From assembly GCF_009914755.1 (NCBI RefSeq), contig NC_060944.1: a stretch of 64,000 bases of DNA; one strand, given 5' to 3'. The position numbers were made by a program, and so were the translations under genes. Shown piece after piece: positions 20,995-36,479 of this stretch. The notes beneath the pieces were generated by a model that did no database searches, was not told the DNA's origin, and worked only from the letters and a program-made list of their open reading frames with translations. Position 1 is the first letter of the stretch. Each line of letters begins with the position of its first letter. The DNA is from the human T2T-CHM13v2.0 reference genome, Homo sapiens.

Positions 20995-21976
20995 CTGGAG
21001 AAGAAAGTACCAGAACTTAGTAACAGTAGCAGGGTGTGCTGGTATGACCCAAGGAGCAGGACTCAGCTTCAATAGCATTATTCTTTGGCTCTGAATCCTC
21101 TTGCCACAATGCTCACACTGGACCAATCTGAGATCTAAGCACTAAAGTAGACCTTTTTTATCTTTAAAAATTGGTATCTAATCACAAAATATAAACCAAA
21201 CTATAACCAGTGGGACAATGACTAGCCTGAGGAAGCACAGCGGTGAGGAGCTAGAATATACACTTACCACACTTGGACTTTCTACTGTTTTTTTGTTTTG
21301 TTTTGTTTGAGACGGAGTCTCACTCTGTCACCAGGCTGGAGTGCAGTTGCAATCTCGGCTCACTGCAACCTCCACCTCCCAGGTTCAAGTGATTCTCCTG
21401 CCTCAGCCTCCTGAGTAGCTGGGACTACAGGCGCCTGCCACCACGCCCGGCTAATTTTTGTATTTTTAGTAGAGATGGGATTTCTCCATGTTGGCCACGA
21501 TGGTCTCGATCTTTTGACTTCATGATCCACCCACCTCAGCCTCCCAAAGTGCTGGGATTACAGGCGTGAGCCACTGCACCTGGCCCCTCTACTGTTTTTA
21601 AATTCTTTTTTCCAGACAGCCTGAATATGTTTGTACCTACTGTTTTTATGAGTATATTATCTGAACTTTTTACATCCAGACCAGAAAAAAATAAATATTA
21701 TAAAGTGTGTGTATATGTGTGTATATAGGGCAAGGAGACCCTGGATTTAAAACACAGAATTCTACATTTCTCACGCCTTCCTGATCCAACTGTTAGGTAT
21801 CGAAGTTAAATCACTCTCTTTAATTCACATCCTGTATGTGAAAGCCTCAATCTATCTGAAGGAAATAATTACGGCTATGTATCAAAGACGTTCACTGAAG
21901 AATTATGTAATAAATGTTAGCTATTATTCTTACTAAGCATTCCAACAAGAGAATATTATATAGCCATTAAAATAAA

Positions 21977-22185
21977 CAGAGGTTGACAAACTTTTCTGTA
22001 AAAAAAAAAAAAAAAACCCTATAGTAAATATTTGAGACTTAGCAGGCTATAGTCTCTGTCCCAAGTATTTAACCTTGCTTTAGTGGCAAAAGCAGCCAGA
22101 GGCAATATGTGAATAAATGGGCATGCTTGTATTCCAATAAAACCTTATTTACAAAAAGAGGTAGTAAGCTATTTGGCAACCTCTG
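21977..22185. mobile_element. MER58A-like hAT MITE
   Basis: TIRs cagaggttg...caacctctg; internal sequence resembles recalled MER58A. Confidence 0.7.
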
Positions 22186-22546
22186 TTACAGAAAATTTAA
22201 TGCCATGGCCAGGCGCAGTGGCTCACCCTTATAATCCCAGATTTTGGAAGGCTGAGGTGGGAGGATCACCCAAGCTCAGGAGTTTGAGACCAGCCTGGGC
22301 AATATAGTGAGACCCTATCTCTGTAAAAATTCAAAAAAAAATTAGCCAGGTGTGGGGGTGCACACCTGTAGTCCCAGCTACTCAGGGGACTAAAGCAAGA
22401 GCCCAGGAGGTCAAGGCTGCAGTGAGCCCTGATCATGACACTGCACTCCAGCCTGGATGACAAGAGTGAGACCCTGTCTCAAAAAAAAAAAAAAAAGTGT
22501 GAAAGGAAGAAGAGGCTTATTCCCTATCTCTTAGGCAGTGACTCAC

Positions 22547-22757
22547 ACAAAGGCAGACGTGGCACTGGCGCTTGTCTGGACTGGCATGACATCAGCATAG
22601 GTCTCGTCCAGAGAGAGCAGCACGTTGGCAGCTTGCTGGCCCGACTCAGCAACAGCCAGCAGCCGGGGAAGGTCCCGGTAGGCATCAGGACCAGCCAAAA
22701 TATCTACCATTTTCTCTCTGTTGAGAATCTCCTCCTTCAACCTCTCAGCCATGCAGC
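22547..22757 (-). CDS. CDK5RAP1: CDK5RAP1 exon 6 ([10 protein letters not shown]...[12 protein letters not shown]...SAFV)
   Basis: ttccag|GC acceptor, GT|GTGAGT donor, 211 nt. GCMA holds the third auxiliary Cys. Matches ORF 22543..22782. Confidence 0.96.
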
Positions 22758-23728
22758 CTGGAAGGGAAAAAGAAACAAGCACCTTTCCCCAAATCCACCT
22801 GGTGTTTAATGGCTTCTTCTTATTCCACTTTATCTGTAGCTGGGATTAGAGACCAGGGCACAGAAAACTTCTCTAAGAATTGAGTATCATCCTTCAAATT
22901 TAACCAACACTCCCATCGCACTGGAGCCTGTATCTTCCTATATAAGAAAACCACAGAAAAGGGTTCCAGAGCAATTCAATTAAATGCCCAGAAAAAAATT
23001 AAACCACCAGCCAGGTGCGGTGGCTCATGGCTGTAATCCCCACACTTTGGGGGGCCGAGGCAGGCGGATCACCTGAGGTTGAGAGTTCAAGCCCAGCCTG
23101 ACCAACATAGAGAAACCCTGTCTCTACTAAAAATACAAAAGTACCCAGGCATGGTGGCACATGCCTGTAATCCCAGCAACTTGGGAGGCTGAGGGACAGG
23201 AGAATCGCTTGAACCCAGGAGGCAGAGGTTGTGGTGGGCCAAGATCGCACCATTGTACTCCAGCCTGGGCAACAAGGGTGAAACTCCGTCTCAAAAAAAA
23301 AAAAAAAATTAAACCACCACCCACAAACCTTTCAAGACATGAACCATGTCTTCTTTCAACTGAAAATTACTTAGTGCTGAAATAAAAAGTATTTTGTGTC
23401 TGGAACTTACTTACCCACAACTACACTTGAACCCTTTCCCTCTCTTCTAGCCTATAATACTTGCTAAAACCTGTAAGAAATGAGTAAGCCATTTATGCTG
23501 TTATCTTCCATATCCTTAAAAAAATTATGTTATTAAAGTTATAATATCTTAAAGTCCACTTTATTACAAATACCCTTTGAAAACACTTAACAGCTATTCT
23601 TGTTTGTATGCCCATGTTCATAGCACTATTATCCACAATAGCCAAAAGGTGCAAGCAACCCAAGTGTCTATTAATGAATGAAGAGATATTTGCATCTACG
23701 CAAAGCCAGTTAAATAAATAATTTTTCA

Positions 23729-25111
23729 GCTCCCTCTCCCTCTCCCTCTCCCTCTCCCCCTCTCCCTCTCCCCCTCTCCCTCTCCCTCTCCCTCTCCCCC
23801 TCTCTCTCTCTCCTTCTCCCTCTCCCCACAGTCTCCGTCTCCCTCTCTTTCCACTGTCTCCCTCTCCCTCTCTTTCCACGGTCTCCCTCTGATGCCCAGC
23901 CAAAGCTGGACTGTGCTGCCGCCATCTCTGCTCACTGCAACCTCCCTGCCTGATTCTCCTGCCTCAACCTGCCGAGTGCCTGCGATTGCAGGCGCGCGCC
24001 GCCACGCCTGACTGGTTTTCGTATTTTTTTGGTGGAGACTGGGTTTCGCTGTGTTGGCCGGGCTGGTCTCCAGCTCCTAACCGGGAGTGATCTGCCAGCC
24101 TCGGCCTCCTGAGGTGCCGGGATTGCAGATGGAGTCTCGTTCACTCAGTGCTCAATGTTGCCAGGCTGGAGTGCAGTGGCGTGACCTCCGCTCGCTACAA
24201 CCTCCACCTCCCAGCCGCCTGCCTTGGCCTCCCAAAGTGCCGAGATTGCAGCCTCTGCCCGGCCGCCACCCCGTCTGGGAAGTGAGGAGCATCTCTGCCT
24301 GGCCGCCCATCGTCTGGGATGTGAGGAGCCCCTCTGCCCGGCTGCCCAGTCTGGGAACTGAGGAGCGCCTCTTCCCGGCCGCCATCCCGTCTAGAAAGTG
24401 AGCAGCGTCTCTGCCCGGCCACCCATCGTCTGAGATGTGGGGAGCGCCTCTGCCCCGCTGCCCCCTCTGGGATGTGAGGAGCGCCTCTGCCCAGCCGCGA
24501 CCCCGTCTGGGAGGTGAGGAGCGTCTCTGCCCGGCCGCCCCGTCTGAGAAGTGAGGAGCCCCTCCGCGCGGCAGCCGCCCCGTCTGAGAAGTGAGGAGCC
24601 CCTCCGCGCGGCAGCCGCCCCGTCTGAGAAGTGAGGAGCCCCTCCGCCCGGCAGCTGCCCCGACTGGGAAGTGAGGAGCGTCTCCGCCCAGCAGCCGCCC
24701 CGTCCGGGAGGGAGGTGGGGGTCAGCCCCCGCCCGGCCAGCCGACCCGTCAGGGAGGGAGGTGGGGGGGTCAGCCCCCGCCCGGCCAGCCGCCCCGTCCG
24801 GGAGGGAGTAGGGGGCAGCCCCCGCCCGGCCAGCCGCCCCGTCCAGGAGGTGGGGGGCGCCTCTGCCCGGCCACCCCTTCTGGGAAGTGAGGAGCCCTTC
24901 TGCCCGGCCGCCACCCCGTCTGGGAGGTGTACACAACAGCTCATTGAGAACAGACCATGATGACGATGGCGGTTTTGTTGAATAGAAAAGGGGGAAATGT
25001 GGGGAAAAGATAGAGAAATCAGATTGTTGCTGTGTCTGTGTAGAAAGAAGTAGACATAGGAGACTCCATTTTGTTCTGTACTAAGAAAAATTCTTCTGCC
25101 TTGGGAAAAAA
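23729..25111 (+). mobile_element. SVA retrotransposon (CCCTCT hexamers, Alu-like region, GC-rich VNTR, truncated SINE-R, short poly-A), antisense in CDK5RAP1 intron 5
   Basis: (CCCTCT)n ~23730-23830; VNTR units such as gccgccccgtctgagaagtgaggagc ~24250-24930; SINE-R start ~24930-25105; 13-bp TSD aaataatttttca at 23716-23728 and 25112-25124. Confidence 0.95.
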
Positions 25112-25306
25112 AAATAATTTTTCAATGAACAAACAAAATGTACTACATATACACAATGGAATTTTTTTTTTTTTTTTTACAACGGAGTATTACTCAGCCT
25201 TATAAAGGAAGGAAATTCTGGCCAGGTGCTATGGGTCACACCTGTAATCTCAGCACTTTGGGAGGCCAAGGAGGGTGGATCACTTGAGCCCAGGAGTTCA
25301 GGATCA

Positions 25307-25870
<564 letters not shown>

Positions 25871-26159
25871 TAAATTATTCTTGGGATTTCTGAAATTCTT
25901 ATTAGATATACACCCTGAGGCTTCTACAGTGAAGGAACTGAAATGGAACAGAACATTTCAGCTGACCCTTCCATCCTCCTGCGTCAATTACTACATGGAT
26001 CTGATAACTAAATATGCTCCATCTGTGTGTGGACCCATCGTTAGGAGAGATTAATTTAACTATTCCACAATGGAGATAGTCTGTTTTTCCATAATGTTAA
26101 ATACATTAACTAAATTCTGAGACAGAAAAGGGTAGAGAAATGTCTCCAGTCATATAGAT

Positions 26160-26695
26160 CAGAACTGCCCAACATAACTTTCTAATAAGATGATAGGCCT
26201 GGTGCAGTGGCTCACACCTATAATCCCAGCAATCTGGGAGATTGAGGCAAGAGGATCACACTTCAGCCCAGAAGTTCTAGACCAGCCTGGGCAATATAGC
26301 AAGACCCTGTTTCTACAAAAGGTCAAAAAATTAGCTAAGTGTGGTGGTACACACCTGTAGACCTAGCTACCCAGGAGGCTGAGGTGAGAGGATCATTTGA
26401 GCCCAGGAGTTGGAGGCTGCAGTGAGCCATGATCATGCCACTCCAGTCTGGGCAACAGTGTGAGACTCTGTTTTTAAAAAAAAAAAAAAAAAAAAAAAAA
26501 GGATGACAGAGTGTGCTGGATGGAAAAATAATTGCGCTGTACAAACTGGTAGCCCCTAGTCATGTGGTCATGTGTGGCTACTGAGAAGTTGAAATGTGGC
26601 TAATGGAACTAAAGAAGTGAATTTTAAATTTTATTTAATTATAGGTAAATTTAAATAGCCACATGTGGCTAGTGGTTACCATATTGGTGAGGCAG
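26160..26695. mobile_element. MER3-like hAT element split by an Alu
   Basis: Characteristic atagccacatgtggctagtgg palindrome and AT-rich core. Confidence 0.7.
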
Positions 26696-26751
26696 ACCTA
26701 AATCTTCACTTGAGCTTGCTTCAGGAGTCAGAATGAAAGGTACCCACATTA

Positions 26752-27069
<318 letters not shown>

Positions 27070-27369
27070 TCAAGCTGTCCCTTCAGACTCCAACTCTACC
27101 CATAACTCTGTGCTACCATGAGCCGCATTAGACTCTAGGCAGGATATACCACTTTCTGAGCACCTATTACTTCAAGGAACTACGGAAAGCCCTTTCATGA
27201 ACTTTATCTCATTTAATCCTGTCACCTCTGGCAGTAAGTACAAGAATTGCATGGGATATATAAGATTTCTTCAGACACTGGGAATCCAGCCTCTAAAGGA
27301 AACACTAGCAAATAAAGCCACATAAAGTCCAAGTTTCAAAGCTGACAAAATGTGCAAATTACCAGATAC

Positions 27370-27470
27370 CTAGAATTCCAATCCTCAGAGGAACCCGGGA
27401 GCGGGGCCGCCTTGTCTTCAAGGCTTTAAGCTGATGTAAACGGTTCCAGATGGTCTGCTCAGCCTTCTCC
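27370..27470 (-). CDS. CDK5RAP1: CDK5RAP1 exon 5 (EKAEQTIWNRLHQLKALK...LRIGIL)
   Basis: ctctag|GGAG acceptor, CTAG|GTATC donor, 101 nt, phase 2->1. Confidence 0.93.
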
Positions 27471-27576
27471 CTAGAGAGATCAAAGGAGGCAAGACTGAAC
27501 CAAAAATAAACCACAGAGGTATCTAAGAGAGTAGGTCAGTGGGAAGAAAATAAAAACCACCTTCAACCCTTTAAAT

Positions 27577-27818
27577 CAAGCTTTTCCAACCTGCAGCCCA
27601 CGGGCCACATGCAGCCAGGATGGCTTTGAATGCAGCCCAACACAAATTCATAAACTTTTGTAAAACATTAGGAGATTTTTTTGGGGGGGATTTTTTTTTT
27701 TTTTTTTTTTTTAGCTCATCAGCTATTATTAGTGTTAGTGTATCTTATGTGTGGCCCAAGACAATTCTTCTTCTTCTTCCAATGTGGCCCAGGGAAGTCA
27801 AAAGATTGGACAGCCCTG
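27577..27818. mobile_element. MER30 hAT MITE with 8-bp TSD
   Basis: Recognisable MER30 body; flanks ctttaaat (27569-27576) and ccttaaat (27819-27826). Confidence 0.8.
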
Positions 27819-28066
27819 CCTTAAATGTGTATCTGCCATTCAGACTTACGGAAGGTAGGTAGGGGGCCACCTGAAGAAGCAACACTTGCTATAATTTACC
27901 TTTCCTAAAATGACATCCTTCCTACACATCTTCAAATCCTGAAAAGCCTTTAAGCCAAACTCAAAAACAATCTACTTCACAAGGCCTTCCAGTTCTCCTC
28001 TGTTGGACAGTTTGTCCTCCCTTTAACTGCCCTTCAACTTTTTTTTTTTATGATTCCAGATCCTAA

Positions 28067-28231
<165 letters not shown>

Positions 28232-29259
28232 TGAGTAGCTGGGATTACAGGCGTGCACCACCACGCCTGGCTAATTTTTGTATTTTTAGTAGAGATGGGG
28301 TTTCACTATGTTGGCCAGACTGGTCTTGAACTCCTGACCTCATGATATGCCCACTCTGGCCTCCCAAAGCGCTGGGATTACAGGTGTGAGCAACCGTGCC
28401 TGGCCAGCAATTTATCTTTTATTTTTCTTTGTAGATACAGGGCTTTACTTTGTGCCCAGGCTGGTCTTGAATAGTTCACTGTAGCCTTGAACTCCTGGAC
28501 TCAAGTGATCCTCCCACCTCGGACTCCAAGAGTGCTGGGATTATAGGTGTGACCTACTACACCCAGCCTCATTGTTTGATTTTTTTTGAACTAGCATTTT
28601 TTGCCAGATGTTGGAGCTATTTGTTCATCTATCTTAGTTCCCATATCAGACTAGGCTCCTTAAAGCCAGGCCATGGAAGAAGGGTTCATTTCGGAATCAC
28701 CCAAAGCACATAGTTCAGTGTCAAGCAGCAGAGGCCTACAGAACAAAAATGTCAGATGAATTAATTGACAGTATAGCCGGATAGGGAAACATTAACACTA
28801 GCATGTCTTGAACACAGAAACAAAGTGAGAAAGGAGGTACGTTCACCTCTGATAGGAGTCACCCATCTCTACTCAAAACTCCCCAAGCCTATGACTACAT
28901 CCTACCCCGGGCAGCTATATTATAAACATATGCCATTAGTTACAAAACAAAGCTCAGGAAGAGCTGAGTGGCTCGGCACATTCTTGGTGTCCTCATCTAT
29001 AACAGCACCAACCACACAGGGTTGTTGTGATCATTAAATTTGTTAATGCATTATGTTACTCACTCAGAACCTGACACCACGGTACATGCCCAGCCAATGT
29101 CAGCCAGTTGTATAAAGACTATCTCCACTGTGGGAAAACTGCAAGTCCTACTGCCATGGGGCCACTGGCTCATCTCCATAGACAGCCAGGCCAGGCACTG
29201 TTAGCTCTGGCATTATTACATAAAATACATTCACTCCTAGGAAAAGAACAAATTCGCAC

Positions 29260-29294
29260 CTGATAGAGCACGTGACAAGGAGAATCACATCTGC
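29260..29294 (-). CDS. CDK5RAP1: CDK5RAP1 exon 4 (35 nt; [12 protein letters not shown])
   Basis: ttcag|GCAGAT...TATCAG|GTGCG. Corresponds to the MiaB NTCSIRE motif with the second auxiliary Cys. Phase fits both neighbours. Confidence 0.93.
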
Positions 29295-29298
29295 CTGA

Positions 29299-29583
<285 letters not shown>

Positions 29584-30240
29584 TAGCCAAGCTGGTCTCG
29601 AACTCCTGACCTCAAGTGATCCACCTGCCTTGGTCTCCCAAAATGCTAGGATTACAGGCATGAGCCACTACTCCCGGCCTATTATTTTTCTTTAACTATT
29701 TTTTTCCTTTTTTTTTTTTTTTAATAGAGAAAGGAGTCTCGCTCACTTGCCCAGGCTGAAGAGCAATAGCATAACCATAGCTCACTGCAGCCTCAAACTC
29801 CTGTCTTCAAGCAATCCTCCTGCCTTGGCCTCCCAAAGTCCTGGGATTACAGGCATGGTGACCCACACCTGGACATTTTAACCATTTTTAAGGGTACAGT
29901 CCTGTGGCATTAAGAACATCTGCAATTTCATAACTACGCATTTTCCATAACTTTTTCATCTTCTGCAACTAAAACCCTGTACTCGTTAAACAGTAACTCT
30001 CCAACTTCCCTCTCCACAGCCAATTCTTAACTTAGCTCCTTGTCTGAAGGCGCACATCACCATAAAAGTTTCAAAAACAGCTGGAACAAAAGTACAACTC
30101 AGTCCCATGGTGAACACTTCACCCAAGGGAACTCTCTCTCACCAGGGGGCACCCTGCTCCTGAAACTACACCTAAGAACTGGCACAAATGCAGAATCTTG
30201 CCCAGGTCCAGGAAACAAAGGAAATAGGAAATGCATGTAC

Positions 30241-30344
30241 CTCTTGGAGGTTACTGGTCCGCAGGTAGCCACTCTTCTGTAAGATGGACCAGGCTATCTC
30301 TGTGTCATTCACATTCATCTGGCAGCCATAGGTCTCGAGGTAGA
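30241..30344 (-). CDS. CDK5RAP1: CDK5RAP1 exon 3 ([16 protein letters not shown]...SNLQE), UPF0004/MTTase N-terminal domain
   Basis: ctgcag|TC acceptor, GAG|GTAC donor, 104 nt. TYGCQMN is the MiaB signature with the first auxiliary-cluster Cys. Confidence 0.96.
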
Positions 30345-31131
30345 CTGCAGTGAGAGGTTGGGGGGAATCCATGGTAGACAGACAACAAGGGGTCTCGTGT
30401 CTCAAAAGGTCTCCTTCCCAAATGCTCTAGAAATATCTGAGGCATCTGGTTATCCACTAAGTCCCCTATTGCTTCAATCTTAAGATAACATAAATTGCCA
30501 GATGTACCCCCAAGTTAATGATAGACCTTCAGAACAAAAGAAATACCATATTAGGCTGGGCACAGTGGTTCATGCCTATAATCCCAGTACTTTGGGAGAC
30601 TGAGACAGGAGGATTACTTAAGCCCAGGAGTTTGAGACCAGCCAGGGCAACATAGGGAGACCCTGTCTCTACAAAAAATTTAAAAATTAGGCAAGTGATA
30701 CATGCCTGTGGTCCCAGCTACTCAGGAGGCTGAGGTAGAACTGCTCGAGCCCAGGAGACTGAGGCTGCCGTGAGCCATGATCACACCACTGCACTCAGCC
30801 TGGGCAATAGAGTGAGAACCTGTCTCAAACAAACAAAAAAATATACCACATTATATATCCACACCAATTACAAGCCATGTTATCTTTTAAATGGGGAAAA
30901 CATGTACCTGAGAATCAAGGAAATATAGTTATAAAAACAATTAGAAAAGGAAGGACTAGGCCGAGGGTGGTGGCTCACGCCTGTAATCCCAGCACTTTGG
31001 GAGGCCAAGGCGGGCAGATCACTTGAGGTCAGGAGTTCGAGACCAGCCTAGCCAAAATGGTGAAACCCAGGTCTCCACTAAAAATACAAAAATCAGCCAG
31101 GTGTGGTGGCGTGCACCTGTAATCCCAGCTA

Positions 31132-31233
<102 letters not shown>

Positions 31234-31988
31234 TCAAAAAAAAACAAAAAAGAAAAGAAAAGGAAGGGCTAACTGATAGTGTTCATCAGCCTGAAGGGAA
31301 AATAAGTTTAAATCCACATGTTACACTCCTCCTCAAAATAAAGAGGTTTTCCAGCCTCTGGAAGTAGCAGCAGTGGCCAGAGGGTACATAAAGTCACAAA
31401 ATTAAAATGAGGCATCTTCTTACAGTAACTTCATCTTAAATGAAAGCAAGGCTATATTATGAAGTAAAACTAATTTTGTACACAGTTGTAAGAATATGAA
31501 TTTCACATTCTGGCAGCTTCAAACTATATTCCAAGATCAACCCCCGTCCCCACCAGCAGGTCTTATTTCCAGACTCCAATAAATTCCAACTAAAAGTTAA
31601 GAGCTGAATGATAATCAGCTTTTGATCAAATGATTCTCCCACCTCAGCCTCCTGAGTAGCTAGGACTACAGGTGCACACTATCATACCTGGCTAATTTTT
31701 TATTTTTTGTAGAGACAGTGTTTCACCATGTTACCCAGACTGTTCTTGAACTCCTGGGCTCAAGCAATCCACCCATCTTGGCCTCCCAAAGTGCTGGGAT
31801 TACAGGCATGAGCCACCGTGACCAGTCGAGTTTCTTGATATTAATATTACTTGGTGGAGTCTAATGATTCCCACAGCCTTCCCACACTGTTAACCTTCCA
31901 AGCCAGTTCTGTAATAAAAGAATCATGCCAGGAATGACAGAGAGGAGCAAGGCAGGAAGCCCAAAGGGATAAGCGAAGTAAAACCAAC

Positions 31989-32292
31989 CTTTTCTCTGCC
32001 TTCCAAGAAGTTCATCCATCATGAGATAGGGAGGTGGGTCTTCCACTTCTGAAGACAGCTTCTCCTGAGGAGCTGAGGCACTTTTTAAAAAATGTTGAAA
32101 AGTCGGTCCAGCAGCCAGCCTGGAGCTGAAATCCTTCCGAGCTCCATCCTCCTGCCTCTCTGGACTGGGACACATGGTACTAGAGAGACTGCTGTGTGCC
32201 CTGCACATCCTCAGCGACAGCCAAGACACAGAGGCCAATGGTCCCCACCCCAGAGACCTCTGCACTTGGAGGACACACTGTAAAGGGTGCAT
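31989..32292 (-). CDS. CDK5RAP1: CDK5RAP1 exon 2 coding part (MHPLQCVLQ...LLGRQRK), includes putative mitochondrial presequence; exon begins at 32312
   Basis: Acceptor ttttgcag|ACTGTGG, GCCATG start, donor AAG|GTTGGT. 304 nt, phase 1. Matches ORF 31861..32292. Confidence 0.95.
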
Positions 32293-34839
32293 GGCACTAA
32301 ACAGCCCACAGTCTGCAAAAGAATGACAGACATCACCAGCATTTATTGAACACTATGGACAGGACACTGCTGTGAGCACTTCAAGTGTATACATCTATTT
32401 ACCCCTCACAAAAGCCCATGAAGAAGGTACTCCTAATAATATGACCTCTGTTTTACAGTTGAAAAAAACTGAGGCAACTTGCCCAAGACCACACAAAGGA
32501 GTGCCAGAGATGAGATGCAAATCCAGGCAGTCTTTTCAAAACAAGGGGTGGTAGAGATGAGATGGAAAGCCCTGACAAAATGACAAAATAGCACCTTGTG
32601 CCAAGACCAGTTCCCAAGGCTTTAAGTGTATTAACTCATTAAATCTTTACAGCAATCCTAGGAAGCAGACACTATTATTGTTCCTATTCCGAAAGACATA
32701 GGTTGAGGAACTCACCTAAGCTCCTACAGCCAGTAAGCAGTCAAACAAGGACTCAGATAAAAATCTGTATGGATGCAAAGCCCGTGCCACTACCCATCTT
32801 GCTACACTGCCTCTTAATAAAGTGAAAACCACTCACTGTCTGAGGGCATCTTCCTTTGAGTTCCTTCAGAAGGAAAGCAACTAATGTGAGGGCATTGTAT
32901 GCCCGATCAGTGACTCCTTCTACCCTTCAAGAGTCTTGGCTGGATGCAGCCGCTCATGCCTGTAATCCCAGGACTTTGGGAGGCCGAGGCAGGAGGATCA
33001 CTTGAGGTCAGGAGTTCAAGACCAGCCTGACCAACATGGCAAAACCCCATTTCTACTAAAAATACAAAAGTTAGCCAGATGTGGTAGCAAGTGCCTATAG
33101 TCCCAACTACTCAGGAGGCTGAGACAGGAGAATCACTGGAACCCAGGAAGCAGAAGTTGCTATGAACCGAGATCGCACCACTGCACTACAGTTTGGACAA
33201 CAGAGCGAAACTCCATCTCAAAACAAAAAAAAAAGAGTTTCAAACTACTACCTTCAAACTTTCCACCCAGACCCTCTCACACTTGGCTTAGCAAATAACA
33301 CAACCTTTATAGAGAACAATTTGCCACTTTCCATCAAAATTACAAGTGTGCAAACCATCTGACAAAGCATTTCCACTCATAATTATCCTGCAGATAAATC
33401 TATACACATACAAAATGACCTATGTATAAAGACATTCAGTCTAGGCACAGTGGCTCATGCCTGTAATCCCAGCACTTTGGGACGCTGAGGCTGGTGGATC
33501 ACTTCAGGCCAGGAGTTCGAGACCAGCCTGGCCAACACAGTGAAACCTCATCTCTACTAAAAATACAAAAAATTAGCTGGATGTGGTGGCACACACCTGT
33601 ATTCTAAGATACCCGGGAGACTGAGGCATGAGAATCTCTTGAGCTCAGGAGGAGAAGGTTGCAGTGAGCCAAGATCACGCCACTGCACTCTAGCCTGGGC
33701 AACAGAGTGAGACTGTCTCAAAAAATAAAAATAAAAGATATTCAATGCAACAGTGTTTCTAATAGCAAAGGAAAGGGAAAGATCTAAATGTTATCAATAA
33801 AGGACTAGTTAAGTAAGTTCTGGTGCATCCATACAATGAAACAAGATACAACTGTTAGAAACCAAGGCTGGTGGCCGGGTGCAGTGGCTCATGCCTATAA
33901 TCCCAGCATTTTGGGAAGCTGAGACAGAAACATCACTTGAGCCAGGAATTCGAGACCAGCCTGGGCAACATAGTGAGACCTCATCTCTATAAAAATAACA
34001 AAAAATAGCCGAGCACAGTGATGCACACCTGTAGTCCCAGCTACTCAGGAGGTTGAGATGAAAGGATTGCTTGAGCCCAGGAGATCAATGCTGCAGTAAG
34101 CCATAATCGCACCACTGCACTCCAGCCTGGGTGACAGAGTAAGACCCTATCTCAAAAAAATAAAAATAAAAATAAATGAGGCTGAACCTATACATGACAA
34201 AGGCAAGGAAGCAATATGCTCCATGCTACCTACATTATACTACTGTTGAATCTGTGGGGAAAGAGGGTGGGAATATTGAGGTACCTATTTGCAGGTACAT
34301 ACAATATCTCTAGAATGCATAAGAAACAATAGTTGCCTCCCAGGAAGACTTAGGTGACTAAGGTATAGGAGATGAAGCCATACTATTTACTTTTTTTTTT
34401 TTTAATTTTCTGACTAAGGAAGAATTCTAGGATCACCATATATTTTTACTGGACCCCACATCTATGGCCTACTACACTCCAGCCATGCCACACTTCTTTG
34501 TATTAATCTTCACTAGCTTATAGGATTTTACACATGCTGTTCTCTGGCTGGTATTTATCTTCTCTCTAGTGGCCTATGGTACTTTCAGCTTTCTTCCTCT
34601 GGGAAGCCTGCTCTGGCCATCACCCCCGAAGTCTAGGTGGGGTCCTCCTCTGGGTTCCCAAAGCTCTATTCTATCTCTCCATCACAAGACTCATCACACT
34701 TTGCTGTTAATTATTACTGACACTTCTGCCAGCCCTAGTAAACTGGCAGGTTCCTGCAAGCAGGGAACAAGTATCATTCATTTCTACACCTTCACCATCT
34801 CCCATTGTGGTAGCTGCCTCACGGCAGGTGCTAAACATC

Positions 34840-35492
<653 letters not shown>

Positions 35493-36479
35493 CTATACAC
35501 GTGTAAAGAGCAGATGTGGCCCATTACCTTTCCAATGAGATGACCTGCCACATCTGCTACTAGCACTTAGGAGCAATGCCAACCCAGTTTCAAGAGTCAG
35601 AGAAGAACAGCCTTAAAGTGTGAGCTTTAAAATCGCCCCTTTCTACTCCATAATTGCTGTGTGACCTTTGGCAAGACAAATTTCTGTCTCTGAGCCGCCA
35701 ATTCCACATGTGTAAAATAAGGATAAAAGCAGCACCTACCACCCCATAAGTGTTATTAAGAATAAGATATTAAAAACCCAACTTGAGATACAGTAAGCGT
35801 TCACTAACTGCACATTTACAGCCCACACCCCCTTTCACAGAGAGTATTAGAGCATCCTGGTTAAGAGTATGAACTCCACTAAAAATACAAAACTTAGCCG
35901 GGTGTGGTGGTATGCGCCTGTAATCCTAGCTACCCAGGAGGCTGAGGCAGGAGAATCGCTGGAACTCGCGGGGCAGGGGCTACAGTGAGCCGAGATCGCG
36001 TCACTGCACTCCAGCCTGGGCGACAGAGCAAGACTCCCGTCTCAAGAAAAAAAAAGTATGGACCCTGGAGTCAGAATCTGACCCCACTGCTGCCAAGCCA
36101 GCTAAACCTTAGGCACCTGTCTTAAACTCTGGGAGCCTCTAGATGGGGATAATAGCACCTATCTCCATAAGCCTACCGTAGGATCAAATGCAATAATACA
36201 AGCAAAATGCTTTGCATAACGCAATGTAGAAGCCTCTCTGGAGGCTCGAAATTAATTCTGACAGTCGGCAATGAGGCTGGAACAACAGCGTACAACATCC
36301 CAAACATTTTATTGGCTGGTTACAATGCGTTAGGCATGGTGCAAAGCATTTTCCGCGAATTATTACCTATAACCCTCATAGCAACCCTGTGAGGCAGGCT
36401 GTACTGTCAACCCCACTTCACGGGTGGCGAAGCGAAGCCTTGAAAGAAGTGGAGGTGACCTGTCCAAGGTCACACGGGG

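Noticed and set aside
24195-24960. Long ORFs (249, 181, 109 aa) with repetitive Arg/Gly/Pro content
   Set aside because: Stop-poor frames of the GC-rich SVA VNTR.
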